From: Vulcanimicrobiota bacterium
GTDB lineage: Bacteria; Vulcanimicrobiota; Vulcanimicrobiia; Vulcanimicrobiales; Vulcanimicrobiaceae
Assembly (NCBI GenBank): GCA_963723515.1
Contig: CAVRQT010000003.1
Coordinates: 1,017,088-1,081,087, forward strand
DNA: 64,000 nucleotides
Reading direction: 5' to 3'
How positions within the stretch are numbered: position 1 is the first letter of the stretch; every line of letters starts with the position of its first letter. Below, piece by piece: positions 33,196-43,796 of the stretch. Under the pieces are notes generated by a model, which saw nothing but the letters and a program-made list of their open reading frames with translations, did no database searches and was not told the origin of the DNA. A program made the position numbers and the translations under genes.

Positions 33196-34402
33196 GCGCT
33201 CTCTATCCTTCCCAGTTCGAAACGATCGTGAACCGCTCGCTCCGCGCGCTCGATATCGTTTTCCGGAATGAGCACGGAAATCGTAATGTTGCTGTCCGTG
33301 CAGTGGATCACTTCGACATTCGCTTCCGAGAGCGCCGCGAGAATTCGGTGCATCACGCCGGGCTGTCCACGCATGCCGGCACCGACAACGGATAGTTTCG
33401 CGCAACCGGCGCGCTCTTCGATCTTAAGCGGAAGCGGGGCTAGCGCTTCACGGACGGCAAGCGCCGACTCCGTACGGACAGCAAAAAAGATTCCGGCGGC
33501 ATTCACGTTGATCTGATCGAGCGAGATACGGGCCAGCCGCTCGAAGATTTCAAGGTCCAGCTGCATGCCGGGATCGGCTGCGCGCTTTTTTCTCGATGGC
33601 GACAAAGGAGAGATCGCCGGTCGACGTGACGCCGGTGACCGGTTGATCGAGGACGACACGATCGTCGACGACGGTTCCGCGATCGGTTTCGAAATGTTTG
33701 ATCGCATACGGCGTTTTGGTCACGCGCGCATATTCCGCGGCTTTGGCATGCATGACGGCGGCCCCATACTGCGCGAATTCGCTGATTTCGAGCAGCTGCG
33801 CGCGATCGATCGTGCGCGCGTTGGGAACGCGCTGCGGATCGGCGGACATCGCTCCGTTGACGTTGGTGTAAATGTCGATGCTCTGCGCGCCGAGCGCATG
33901 ACCGAGCGCAATCGCACTCAAGTCCGTGCCGCCGCGGCCGAGCGTTGTGATTTCTCCGGTCGTTGTCATTCCTTGAAATCCCGCGACGACCGGCACTTTG
34001 CCCTCGTCAATCAATTCGCGGACTCGAACCGGCTCGACCCGTAAAATGTGCGCGTTTCCAAAGCTATTGTCGGTGATGATGCCGGCTTGCGCTCCGGTGA
34101 GCGCTCGCGCCGGCGTGCCGGAGTTTTCAAGTTGCGCTGCAAAGCATGCGGCGGAAATCAATTCGCCGGAGGCGAGAAGCAGATCGGAATTCGCATCCGC
34201 CTTTTGTTCGGCGGCCATCTGCAAAAGGGTATCGGTCGCATAGGGTTCGGGCGCACGGCCCATCGCCGAACAAACCACGACCGGCGAGAAACCTCGCTCG
34301 AGCACTTCGCGCACCCGCGCGGCAGCAATCTCTCGCGCGCGTTGGGTCGCCAGCGACGTTCCGCCGAATTTTAAGACGCTGATCTGCAGCGACGGCTTTC
34401 AT
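33192..34402 (-). CDS. lysC: Aspartate kinase, frameshifted
   Basis: KFGGTS, VVVCSAMG, TTLGRGGTD, ACT domain KLSVVGAGM. Confidence 0.9.
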
Positions 34403-35402
34403 CGGTTCACAATGCCGCGTTCGATCAGCATCTCGAGAATCTGCACGCCATTGGTGGCCGCGCCTTTGCGGACCTGATCGCCACAGACCCACATTGCGAA
34501 ACGCTTGCCGGAGTCGTCTTCTGAACGCAATCGCGCGACGTGGACGTCGTCCGTGCCTTCAACTTCACGGGGCGTAACGATGCCGCGCTCATGAAAGACG
34601 ATGCCGGGCGCCGAGTTTCAATGCATCGTCAAGTTCAGCGAAGTCGATGTCGCACGGTCGGTTTCAAAGAAAACAGCGGCTGAATGCGCGAATCGCACCG
34701 GAACGCGCACCGACATCACCGCGCAATCGAGGTCGGGAAGCGAGAGAATCTTGCGCAACTCCGCTTGGATCTTGCCTTCTTCTACCGAGTAGCCGCGTTC
34801 ATCGATGTCGCCGATCTGCGGAACGACATTCCGCGCAATCTGCGCTGCGAACGCAATGCGGCGCCGGCTCCTCTTCCTCGGCGTTCAGCGCGCGTTCGGC
34901 CGCCTCGAATTCTTCCAAGCCGGCGCGTCCTGCGCCGCTGACGGCTTGATACGTCGCCGCGTGAATGCTTCGAAGGCCCGCGCGATCTCGCAATCGGGCC
35001 GAGTGCGACGCTCAAGATGATGGCCGTGCAATTCGCGACCGGAAAAACTTTTTGTCCATCTCGAAGCGCTGCGCCGTTGACTTCGGGCACGATCAACGCC
35101 AATTTCGGATCGAGTCGGAATGTCGCGCTGTTGTCGATGACGACGCAGCCGTTTCCTGAAATCTTCGGGACGAGCTCGGCGCTCGGTTCATCGCCACCGG
35201 CAAAAAAAATCGCGTCGAATCCGCGAAGCGCCTCGGCGCTCGTCGGCTGCACATCAAGTCGAGCGCCGCGAAAGGTCGCCGCTGCGGTGCGAGGACGATT
35301 CGCGAAAGCGGACACGGATGAAACCGGGATGGCGCGCTCTTCGAGCACACGCAGCAACATCTCACCCACAAGTCCCGTGGCACCGACGACCGCGATTTTC
35401 AT
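34399..35402 (-). CDS. asd: Aspartate-semialdehyde dehydrogenase, frameshifted
   Basis: VVGATGLVG, IDNSATFR, VPEVN, ANCT, YQAVSGAG, DQVRKGAATN. Confidence 0.93.
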
Positions 35403-36101
35403 ACCTGTTCCAGGAGACCGTCGAGCCCGATCTGCAGCGATTTGAGTTTGCCGACATGGCGCACTGCGAAGAGTATGCCGGCGACGTACGATTCACGCGA
35501 GATCGTATCGTGCCGAATCGTCAGCGTTTCGCCGGCGTTTCCGAACATCACCGCTTGATGCGCCAGCAAACCCTGAAGACGAACGCTATGCACGGGAACT
35601 TCTTTGCGCATCACCGTGCCCAAACGGTCGGCGGTCAACCGCGCCGTTCCGCTCGGTTTATCTTTCTTCTGATCGTGATGCATCTCCAAAATTTCTGCCG
35701 CCGGGAAATAGCGCGCCGCCATCTCGCTCAGGCGCAGCATCACGGCAGCGCCAAGCGCAAAATTGGGCACGAGGATCGCGCCGATTTGGTGTTCGTCGGC
35801 AAGCGCGCGCAGCGTTTCTACGTCATCTGCGCCCCAGCCGGTGGCGCCGATCACCGGCGAAACACGGTGCACGATGCATTGCGTGGCGACTTCAACGGTC
35901 TTGGGATGCGTCGTGAAATCGATGAGGACTTGCGGGCTTCGTTTCTTCGATCAGGCGCTGGACGTCGTCGAACGTCTGCTCCGCCGGGTGCGCTTCGCGC
36001 GCAAATCCGCCGACGTACTCGAGGTCGTTCGCAAAACGAACCGCACTGGCGGTAAGCTCGCCCATCCGGCCCTTCACGCCGGCCACAGCCACTCTGATCA
36101 T
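35399..36101 (-). CDS. dapB: 4-hydroxy-tetrahydrodipicolinate reductase, frameshifted
   Basis: GVKGRMG, PNFALG, EMHHDQKKDKPSGTA, HSVRL. Confidence 0.93.
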
Positions 36102-36119
36102 CGCCGCTTGCTAAGCCAT

Positions 36120-36236
36120 GCTTCGACAAGCTCAGCGTGACACTCGGCGCACTGTCATGAGCCGATAGAGCGACATGTTGCAATCGCGCCACACGAGGGG
36201 CGTCCCGGTGTCACACTGAGCTCGTCGAAGTGTGAC
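36120..36236. repeat. REP-like inverted doublet
   Basis: gcttcgacaagctcagcgtgacac ... tgtcacactgagctcgtcgaagtgtgac. Confidence 0.85.
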
Positions 36237-36253
36237 CTAAGGAATTCGCGCGC

Positions 36254-38410
36254 TTAGACTTTTTCCAAGGGTGCATACTTGAGCATCACCATCTTCTGTC
36301 CGACGTTCGGAAAATTGATGGTGAGCAAGCCGTCGCCGCCTGCGCCGATGATCGACTCGACGGCGCCTTCGCCCCACTTCGGATGGCGGACCCGATCGCC
36401 GGGCTGAAGACCCATGGCGACGCCGGCGCCGGCGCTATCGTGAATCGCGACTTCGCGCCAGCGGCCGCCGGCCGGGCGCGGCATGAGTTGCCCGCCGACC
36501 ATCTCGACCATCGGCATCTCTTCCAAGAAGCGCGACTTCGGATGCGCGAACGTGTTGCCGAAAAGCGTGCGGCGCTCGGCATAGGATAAGTACAACTTGT
36601 CTATCGCGCGCGTAATGCCGACATACGCGAGCCGGCGCTCTTCTTCTAACTCATCCATTTCGATCAGCGCGCGACTATGCGGGAAGACGCCTTCCTCTAA
36701 GCCGGTCAAGAAGACCGTCGGAAATTCCAATCCCTTCGCGCCGTGCATCGTCATCAGCGTCACGTACGATGCAGACGGATCGAGCGCATCGAGGTCGCTT
36801 ATCAGCGCGATGTTGCCGAGGAAATCCGCCAGCGTCCCATCGGGCTCGTTCATCTCGAACTCGCGCGCGACACCGACGAGCTCTTGTAAGTTCTCCAAAC
36901 GCGTGCGGGCGTCGTTCGTGTCTTCGTTCTGCAGCTCGCGCACGTAGCCGGATTCTTCCATCACGGCCACAAGCAGATCCGGAATCGTGAAGCCGTCGAA
37001 CCGGCTGCGCAAGCTCGCGATCAGCTCACCGAACCGCTCGAGCTCGCGTTGCTTCTTCGGAACCGCGACTTTGAGCAGTTCGTGATCGAACACCGCCTCG
37101 CCGACGGACATCTTCGCTTTGGTCGCCGCCTCGACGAGACTCGCGAGCGTCTGCGCGCCGATGCTGCGCCGCGGCACGTTGACGATGCGCTTGAACGCGA
37201 TCGCATCCGCCGGATTCAAAATGTAGCGCAAGTACGAGATGATGTCTTTGATCTCTTGGCGGGCGTAAAATCCGACGCCGCCGACGACGCGATACGGAAT
37301 GCCGTCGGAGATCATCGCTTCTTCAAACACACGCGATTGCGCGTTGGTGCGATAGAGAATCAGGAAATCGCGATACGCCGAGCCCTCGCGCACTGCCGCC
37401 TTGATTTTCTCAACGACGTAACGCGCCTCGGCCCTCTCCGTCTCGGCGCAAAATGCCGTGATGCTATCGCCTGCGCTTCGATTCGTGAAGAGCTTCTTCT
37501 CTTGCCGGGTCTTGTTGTTCGCAACGAGCGCCGAGGCGCAGTCCAGAATCGTCTGCGTGCTGCGATAGTTCTCTTCCAATTTGAAGATTTTGGCGCCGGC
37601 GAAATCTTTCTCAAAGCGCAGGATCATGCGATAGTCGCTGCCGCGCCATGAGTAGATCGACTGATCGTCATCGCCGACGGCCGTCAAGTTCTTGTGCTCG
37701 CCGGCAAAGAGCGTCAGCAGTTTGTATTGCGCGTAGTTGACGTCCTGATACTCATCGACGAGGACGTAGCGGAATTTGTTCTGATACCGCGTGCGGACTT
37801 CTTTATCGCTTTCGAGCAGATCGATCGTCTTGGCGATGAGATCGTCGAAGTCGAGACTGTTCGATTCGCTCAGACGGCGCTCGTATTCCTTAAAGACGTT
37901 CCCGTAGCGCTCGCCGATGAACGACTCGTGCGAAGCCAGATACTGATCCGGCGTCTGCAGCAAATTCTTCGCCTTCGAAATTTCCGAAAGCGCGGCGCCG
38001 GGCGTGATCTGCCGATCGTCGTAATCGAGATCCGCCAGAATGTCTTTGATCAGCGCGCGCTGATCGGCTTCATCAATGATGGCAAAGTTCGATGAGATGC
38101 CGATCTTGCGCCCATCGCGGCGCAAAATTCGCACGCACATCGAGTGAAAGGTGCCAACCCAAATGTCGCGCGCGGCGGTGCCGACCATGCGCTCGAGACG
38201 GCTCTTCATCTCGCCGGCGGCCTTGTTCGTGAACGTTACGGCGAGGATGCGATCCGGAAAGACGTCGAGCTCGGTCAAAAGGTGCGCGATGCGATGCGTC
38301 AAGACTCGCGTCTTTCCGCTTCCAGCACCGGCGAAAATTAAAACAGGGCCGTCCGTATGGCGGACGGCATCAAGTTGGACGTCGTTTAAACGTTCAGTTT
38401 CCGCTATCAT
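36254..38410 (-). CDS. pcrA: ATP-dependent DNA helicase PcrA/UvrD
   Basis: AGAGSGKT, TFTNKAA, VDEYQD, GDDDQSIY, HGAKGLEF, Tudor-like tail. Confidence 0.96.
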   Translation of the reverse strand: MIAETERLNDVQLDAVRHTDGPVLIFAGAGSGKTRVLTHRIAHLLTELDVFPDRILAVTFTNKAAGEMKSRLERMVGTAARDIWVGTFHSMCVRILRRDGRKIGISSNFAIIDEADQRALIKDILADLDYDDRQITPGAALSEISKAKNLLQTPDQYLASHESFIGERYGNVFKEYERRLSESNSLDFDDLIAKTIDLLESDKEVRTRYQNKFRYVLVDEYQDVNYAQYKLLTLFAGEHKNLTAVGDDDQSIYSWRGSDYRMILRFEKDFAGAKIFKLEENYRSTQTILDCASALVANNKTRQEKKLFTNRSAGDSITAFCAETERAEARYVVEKIKAAVREGSAYRDFLILYRTNAQSRVFEEAMISDGIPYRVVGGVGFYARQEIKDIISYLRYILNPADAIAFKRIVNVPRRSIGAQTLASLVEAATKAKMSVGEAVFDHELLKVAVPKKQRELERFGELIASLRSRFDGFTIPDLLVAVMEESGYVRELQNEDTNDARTRLENLQELVGVAREFEMNEPDGTLADFLGNIALISDLDALDPSASYVTLMTMHGAKGLEFPTVFLTGLEEGVFPHSRALIEMDELEEERRLAYVGITRAIDKLYLSYAERRTLFGNTFAHPKSRFLEEMPMVEMVGGQLMPRPAGGRWREVAIHDSAGAGVAMGLQPGDRVRHPKWGEGAVESIIGAGGDGLLTINFPNVGQKMVMLKYAPLEKV

Positions 38411-39472
38411 TGAACGCTTACGTTCGCCGTAAACGCGTTTTCTGCCTCGCTCATCGTCGCTGCTGCTGACAAATATGCGAGCGTTGACTCCGCGCCCATG
38501 TTCGCGTTGACCGAATTTTCATCGATTCCGTCGTGGCATGCGCCGTCTTCGACCATTGTCGCAGCGGCGGTGTTCTGTCCGTAGTACCAGAGCCAGCCGG
38601 CCCGGGCGGCGGTTAAGAATGCAGGATCGTTCGAGCGCTCGTAGGCCGCGAGGCCCGCGTCGATCAGCGCAACGCCTTCGAGCGGCTGCTGCCCGTAAAG
38701 AGCGCGTTTGTGGCCGCGCTGATACCATCCCTGATTGCCGATCGGCACGAAGATGCCGTCCTCGACAACGATACTAATGTAGAAACGGAGCGACTCGAGC
38801 CCGATTTCGACCAACCCTGGGTCGCGCAGCGCCTCGCCTGCGTAGAGCGCCGCTTCGCAAAGTCGCGGGTTATCGTAGGTCATGGCCTCTTCGAACCAGC
38901 GCCAATCTTCGGCATGATGCTCTTCATATAGGGCTCGCAATTCACTCGCAAGTGCGCGCATCGCGTCCAGATAACGAACTCGCGCCGCCGTTCCGCCCGA
39001 CTTCATCGCATGCCAGAGGCCCAAAATCGCGTAGGCTTGCGATCGCGGATAGGCAACTTCGCCGATTCGCGGCAACGCCGCATTCGAGCAGTCGCGCGCA
39101 AACCTCGCGCCATGATTTGCGGCGCGCGAAACGCATGCCATAGCCGAGCGCCCAAAGCGTGCGTCCAAAAGAATCTTGCGTCCCGCGTTCATCGAGCCAA
39201 TCGCGATCGTAGCTCATGAAGTTGTGGAACCAGCCGTCGGCCATTTGCGCATCCAGTAAGAAGGCAAGATAAATGCCGGCAAGCTTTTTCAAAGTCGCGT
39301 TCGTGGGTTCGGCGCGCAGGCGTTGCAGCGCAACGATGAACGCGCGTGAGACGTCGTCGGTGCAATAGCCCGTCGCGCGATTCGGCACGTCGAAGATCGC
39401 GTGTTGGATGATGCCGGTGTCGTCGCTCAACGCCAAAAGATGGTCGAGCGGCGGCCGCACGGCCTTCGCCAT
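38407..39472 (-). CDS. Six-hairpin glycosidase-like protein of the type found with GT4, frameshifted
   Basis: DDTGIIQHA, GYCTDD, WFEEAMTYDN, QQPLE, NMGAESTL. Confidence 0.72.
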
Positions 39473-39485
39473 CAGCGACACTTTC

Positions 39486-40732
39486 TTAGGCGCTGTGGAC
39501 GAGCTCGAGGACGCCTTCTTGCGGTGCAAGTTCTGCAAAGAGTTGGCCGTATGCGGCAGCAACGTTCGGCCAGGTCATCTGACGTCCGAAGCGATAGGCG
39601 CGCCGTTCGATTGCGCGGCGCAGCGCCGGATCGTCGAGCAGCATCAGAACGTTTTCAGCGATTGAATCGGCGTCGCGGAATTTGCACAAGAAGCCGCGAT
39701 TGTGCGCGAGCACTTCTTCGGCATAGAGATACGGCGTCGAGACGATCGCCTTTCCGCAACCAACCGCGTAGGCAAGCGTTCCGCTGACGATCTGCACCGG
39801 ATTCAAATACGGCGTCAAGTAGATGTCGGTCGCGGCGAGATAGTTCACGACTTCATCGAAGTCGAGATACTTGTCGACGAGCGCGACGTTGTTCGAGAGG
39901 CGATAATCCCGAATGAGATCCTGCAACGCTTCGCGGTACGACTCGCCCTCTTGCCGGCGCACCGTCGGATGCGTTTCACCTAAGACGAGGTAGAGCGTTT
40001 CCGGATGGTAGCGCACGACGGTTCGCATCGCATCAAGCGCGTACTCGAGTCCCTTGCCGCGATTGATGAGGCCGAACGTTGAAATGACCATGCGCTGCCC
40101 GATGCCGAACGACGCCTTCGCGTTGTCGGTCGAGCGGAACGGCACGTCCGGCACGCCGTGATGGATCACGTGCAACTTTCTCGGATCGATATCGTAGACG
40201 GTTTCGAGCAGATGTTTGCCGGTTTCGGAAAGCGCGATGATGCCCGCCGCATATTTTGCGAGCTCGCGCGTCACCTGAAGCATCTTCTCTTCGGGCTCGG
40301 GCAGCACGGTGTGCAGCGTTATCGTAACCGGCTTTTGCAGCTCTTTGAGCGAGATCGATCAGCCACTCGCCGCGCTCGCCGCCGAAGATGCCGTATTCAT
40401 GCTGAATGTTGAGTATCTGCGCCGGATGCGCGTTGACGATCGCGGCAACGTCGGAGTACGAACTGCGATCTTGCTTCTTGCAGGCGCGCGACGACTTCAG
40501 GCCCGTACGTGCGCCATGCTCGCCGCCGGGCTCATCGATCGCGATGATCTCGCTCTTCGTGTCGAACTGCGCGGTCGTACGCGTCGACGATGTCCTTGGT
40601 AAACGTCGCAATGCCGCATTCACGGGGCGGGAAGGACCCCATGAAGAGAGTGCGCGGAACAGAGCCCGCGCTCAGCGCGTCAACCGAAGGACTCAGCAAA
40701 TTTAAAGAACTCCCATGCCGCCAGCGTCGCAT
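39486..40732 (-). CDS. Glycosyltransferase family 4, frameshifted
   Basis: PPRECGIATF, IQHEYGIFGG, HGVPD, KGLEY, SGTLAYA, STPY. Confidence 0.88.
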
Positions 40733-40790
40733 ATCTAATGTAGGCCGAGGGCGCGGCCCGCTGGTGGAAGCCCTGCTTGCTTAGGTTGTT

Positions 40791-40818
40791 TTACCCGAGA
40801 GGGTAAACCTGCAAAACC
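40791..40818 (-). promoter_or_regulatory. Possible SigB/SigF-type stress promoter GGTTT-N17-GGGTAA
   Basis: Minus strand ggttt-tgcaggtttaccctctc-gggtaa upstream of the GT4 gene; also forms a tttaccc/gggtaaa hairpin. Confidence 0.4.
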
Positions 40819-41907
40819 TTACTTCGCTCCGGCGAGCGGAGCAGTCGGACCGACGCGCGCGCCGGGTTCCAAAACGCGTTGCGGTTCGATGTTCGTGTGA
40901 TGTCCGATCACGCTTCCGCGCGCGATGCGCGCACCCGCGCCAATGCGCGAGCCGCTCGCGATAATCGCTTCTTCGATCACCGCGCCCGGTTCGACGATAA
41001 CGTCTTCCCATAACACGGAATCGCGGATCATCGTTGCGGTGCCGATTCTGCAGCCGCGTCCGATGACGACGTTTGGTCCGATGCGCGCGCCTTCTTCGAT
41101 TTGCACATCTTCATCGAGATGCACGGGCGGAATGATGGTCGCATGCACGTCGCGCGCGCCCGGCCCGGAAATTCCGGGCTCGAGTTTCAACGGCATCGTG
41201 CCGTTGAGGATGTCGCGATGCGCGCTCAAATAATGTTCGGGCCGGCCGACGTCGATCCAGTAGTCGTTCGTGGTGTAGGCGTAGAGCGGTATGCCGTCGG
41301 CGAGAATCTTCGGAAACGTTTCGCGTTCGATTGAAACGTTGCGCCCAGGCGGAATGTTGTCGAGCACGCTGCGCTCGAGCAGATACGTGCCGGCGTTGAT
41401 TTCATTCGTCGGCGCCTGATCGCGCGGCGGCTTCTCCACGAATGCGGAGACGCGACCGTTTTCATCGTGCACGACGCAGCCGAATGCGGACGGATCTTCC
41501 ACCTTGATAAGATGGATAACGCCGCATCCGCCTTTTTCTTTGTGGTAGGCGATCATGTCGCGGAAATCGAGGCTCGTTAGGACGTCGCCGTTGAGAACGA
41601 AGAACGGGCCGGTGATGTGCTGCTCGACGTTCTTGAGCGCGCCGGCCGTGCCGAGCGGCGTTTCTTCGATCACGTAGGTGATGTTCATATCGAGTTTGCT
41701 GCCGTCGCCGAAGTAATCGCTGATCGCTTGCGGCATGTAACCGGCCGGCAAGATGACATCTCGTATGCCGGCTTCGTAAAGCCGCTCGAACGTTCGCGCT
41801 AAAAATGGAACGTTGAGGATCGGCACCATCGGTTTTGGCGTGCCGTACGTCAGCGGACGAAGCCGCGTTCCCTCACCGCCAACCAGCACGATCGCCTGCA
41901 TGCGCAT
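40819..41907 (-). CDS. NDP-sugar pyrophosphorylase (second paralogue)
   Basis: LVGGEGTRLRPLT..PKP, LNGD, FVEKP, INAGTY, hexapeptide-repeat tail. Confidence 0.9.
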   Translation of the reverse strand: MRMQAIVLVGGEGTRLRPLTYGTPKPMVPILNVPFLARTFERLYEAGIRDVILPAGYMPQAISDYFGDGSKLDMNITYVIEETPLGTAGALKNVEQHITGPFFVLNGDVLTSLDFRDMIAYHKEKGGCGVIHLIKVEDPSAFGCVVHDENGRVSAFVEKPPRDQAPTNEINAGTYLLERSVLDNIPPGRNVSIERETFPKILADGIPLYAYTTNDYWIDVGRPEHYLSAHRDILNGTMPLKLEPGISGPGARDVHATIIPPVHLDEDVQIEEGARIGPNVVIGRGCRIGTATMIRDSVLWEDVIVEPGAVIEEAIIASGSRIGAGARIARGSVIGHHTNIEPQRVLEPGARVGPTAPLAGAK

Positions 41908-41985
41908 CGTGTTCGCAATGCAAGTTGAAAATGCTTGCAATCACTGCGCCACCCAGTTGGCACACCTCTTTTGTACGCTTTTTGC

Positions 41986-42535
41986 ATGAGAAAGATATAT
42001 GATTGGACCGCAGTGCAACGTTATTACGATGACGGTCATACGATGCGCGAGTGCATCGCGCAATTCGGCTTTACGATCGGTTCATGGTATAAAGCCGGTC
42101 GACGCGGCGATCTAAAGAATTCGGCCGTTCGAAACGTTCGATACGATTGGTCCGCCGTTCAAGCTTATTATGATGAAGGCCATACTTACCGCGAGTGCGA
42201 GCGAAGTTTGGATTCGCAGCGGCGTCGTGGACGAAAGCGGTTCGGCGCGGCGCTCTGCACGCGCGCGCCCGGTTGCGACCGCTGCATTTGCTTGCTGGCA
42301 ACGGCAAATCGCGCACACGCATTAAACCGGCGCCTTCTGGAAGCCGGCGTGCTTCAAGAACATCTGCTCGCAATGCGGGCTCTCGGAATGGCGCGGCAAG
42401 CCGTTGTCAGTTCAAATCGATCACATCAACGGCGTCGCTGACGATCACCGGTTGGAGAACCTTCGAATGCTTTGCCCAAACTGCCACAGCCAAACTGAAA
42501 CGTTTGCGAGTCGCAACAGAATCAAGCAGACGTAA
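41986..42535 (+). CDS. HNH endonuclease with two N-terminal ~47-aa repeats, frameshifted
   Basis: YDW.AVQ.YYD.GHT.REC twice; CSQC..IDHING..LENLRMLCPNCHSQT. Confidence 0.8.
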
Positions 42536-42582
42536 GGCCTTGCAAGAAGTACGTGAGCACGTGTAGTATAGCGGTCGCACAT

Positions 42583-42659
42583 TCCCGGGTAGTTCAGCTG
42601 GCTAGAACGCAGGGCTCTGAACTCTGATGTCGGTGGTTCGAATCCATCCCCGGGAGCCA
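42583..42659 (+). tRNA. tRNA-Gln(CTG)
   Basis: Acceptor tcccggg/cccggga, anticodon arm caggg-ctCTGaa-ctctg, ggttcgaatcc, encoded CCA. Confidence 0.95.
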
Positions 42660-42660
42660 T

Positions 42661-42733
42661 GGCCCCATCGTCTAGAGGCCGAGGATGCCGCCTTCTCACG
42701 GCGGTAACGCGGGTTCGAATCCCGCTGGGGCTA
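42661..42733 (+). tRNA. tRNA-Glu(CTC)
   Basis: Acceptor ggcccca/tggggct, anticodon arm ccgcc-ttCTCac-ggcgg, gggttcgaatccc; no encoded CCA. Confidence 0.95.
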
Positions 42734-42996
42734 TACCTTGATCGGATTAGACGAGTACCAAATACAGAATCGGCTCACGGTTGTTTGCAACATGAAGAAG
42801 CCCTCGTACAACCCTCTGCCGAGAGGCGTTGGCTGCTACTCTGGCCTAACGACTCATGCGCGCGCTAGTGCTAGCAAAAAGATCTCGCCACCAGTCAGCA
42901 TCGATTCTTCGATGTGTAAGCGGCACGTTGCAAATGGCTGCGCCTTGCTGCAGCGCACAATGGCATCACGCTTGCATGGATGAAGGGTATGTGCGA

Positions 42997-43796
42997 ATGC
43001 TCGAACCGCCGATTGAAAATCAACAGTGTTATCGGCTCCTCTTCACGCTTGAAACGGTCCTGCGCAGCTTAACACGGGAATCCATGGAAAAAGTTCGCGG
43101 GTCCAGATGGTTTCGCACTCACACATCAGCCGCTATTCTCGACAGAATCCGAGCCGGCATAGGTGCTGAGCGAAACGCTACCTGGACACGGTCGCCGCTA
43201 CATGATCCAACATACTACCTGGACTTTACGAACTATGCCGAAATAATTGAGAGAACTGATAATTGGCGTGACGTTTTTCGTGCGATCTTTCAGCGAAAAG
43301 AGATTATCCTTGCCGCCCTTCGAAGCATCGAACCAACTCGAAACAAGATAGCGCACAATCGCACAGCAACAGCGGCCGACGTTGCTCTCCTGACAGCATC
43401 ATGCAATGCTGTACGCAATATGATCGGAGAGAACCATTGGCGCGCATGCGCCGGCACACCGGTACGACTAGAATCTATAGCGAAAGACCTCCGCGCCGTT
43501 CTTCGCGAAATTGAGATGGCTCGGGAAATGATATCGAATCCAAGCAACATCTTGCCACGAAAGGCGCTGTCCGCTTGCGAAGGGGAGTGGTGGTTCGACG
43601 AAGCGATCTTGGGTGAAGAGTGCAATGATTGACAAAAGCCTCTTTTCTTATCGATGAGTATAATGCGCTTCCGCGAACATGGGGAGGCGCCTACAAGATC
43701 TCCCAATGGGTCGAAGAAAACGAGTTGCGTGAAGCGCTTCGCGTAGCTAGCAGCGCTAATCAAGCCATTTTAGCAAGATCGGTGCCAGACGCGTAA
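42997..43796 (+). CDS. Swt1-like HEPN domain protein (putative RNase), one frameshift
   Basis: LFTLETVLR, YYLDFTNYAEII..NW.DVF..IF, RNKIAH (RxxxxH); the shifted frame ends at TAA 43794-43796. Confidence 0.78.

Noticed and set aside
230..41802. Numerous long antisense and alternate-frame ORFs
   Set aside because: Shadow ORFs expected in high-GC coding DNA, with no recognisable motifs
43629..43664. Perfect TTGACA and TATAAT boxes
   Set aside because: Spacer is 24 nt and both boxes lie within the HEPN coding region
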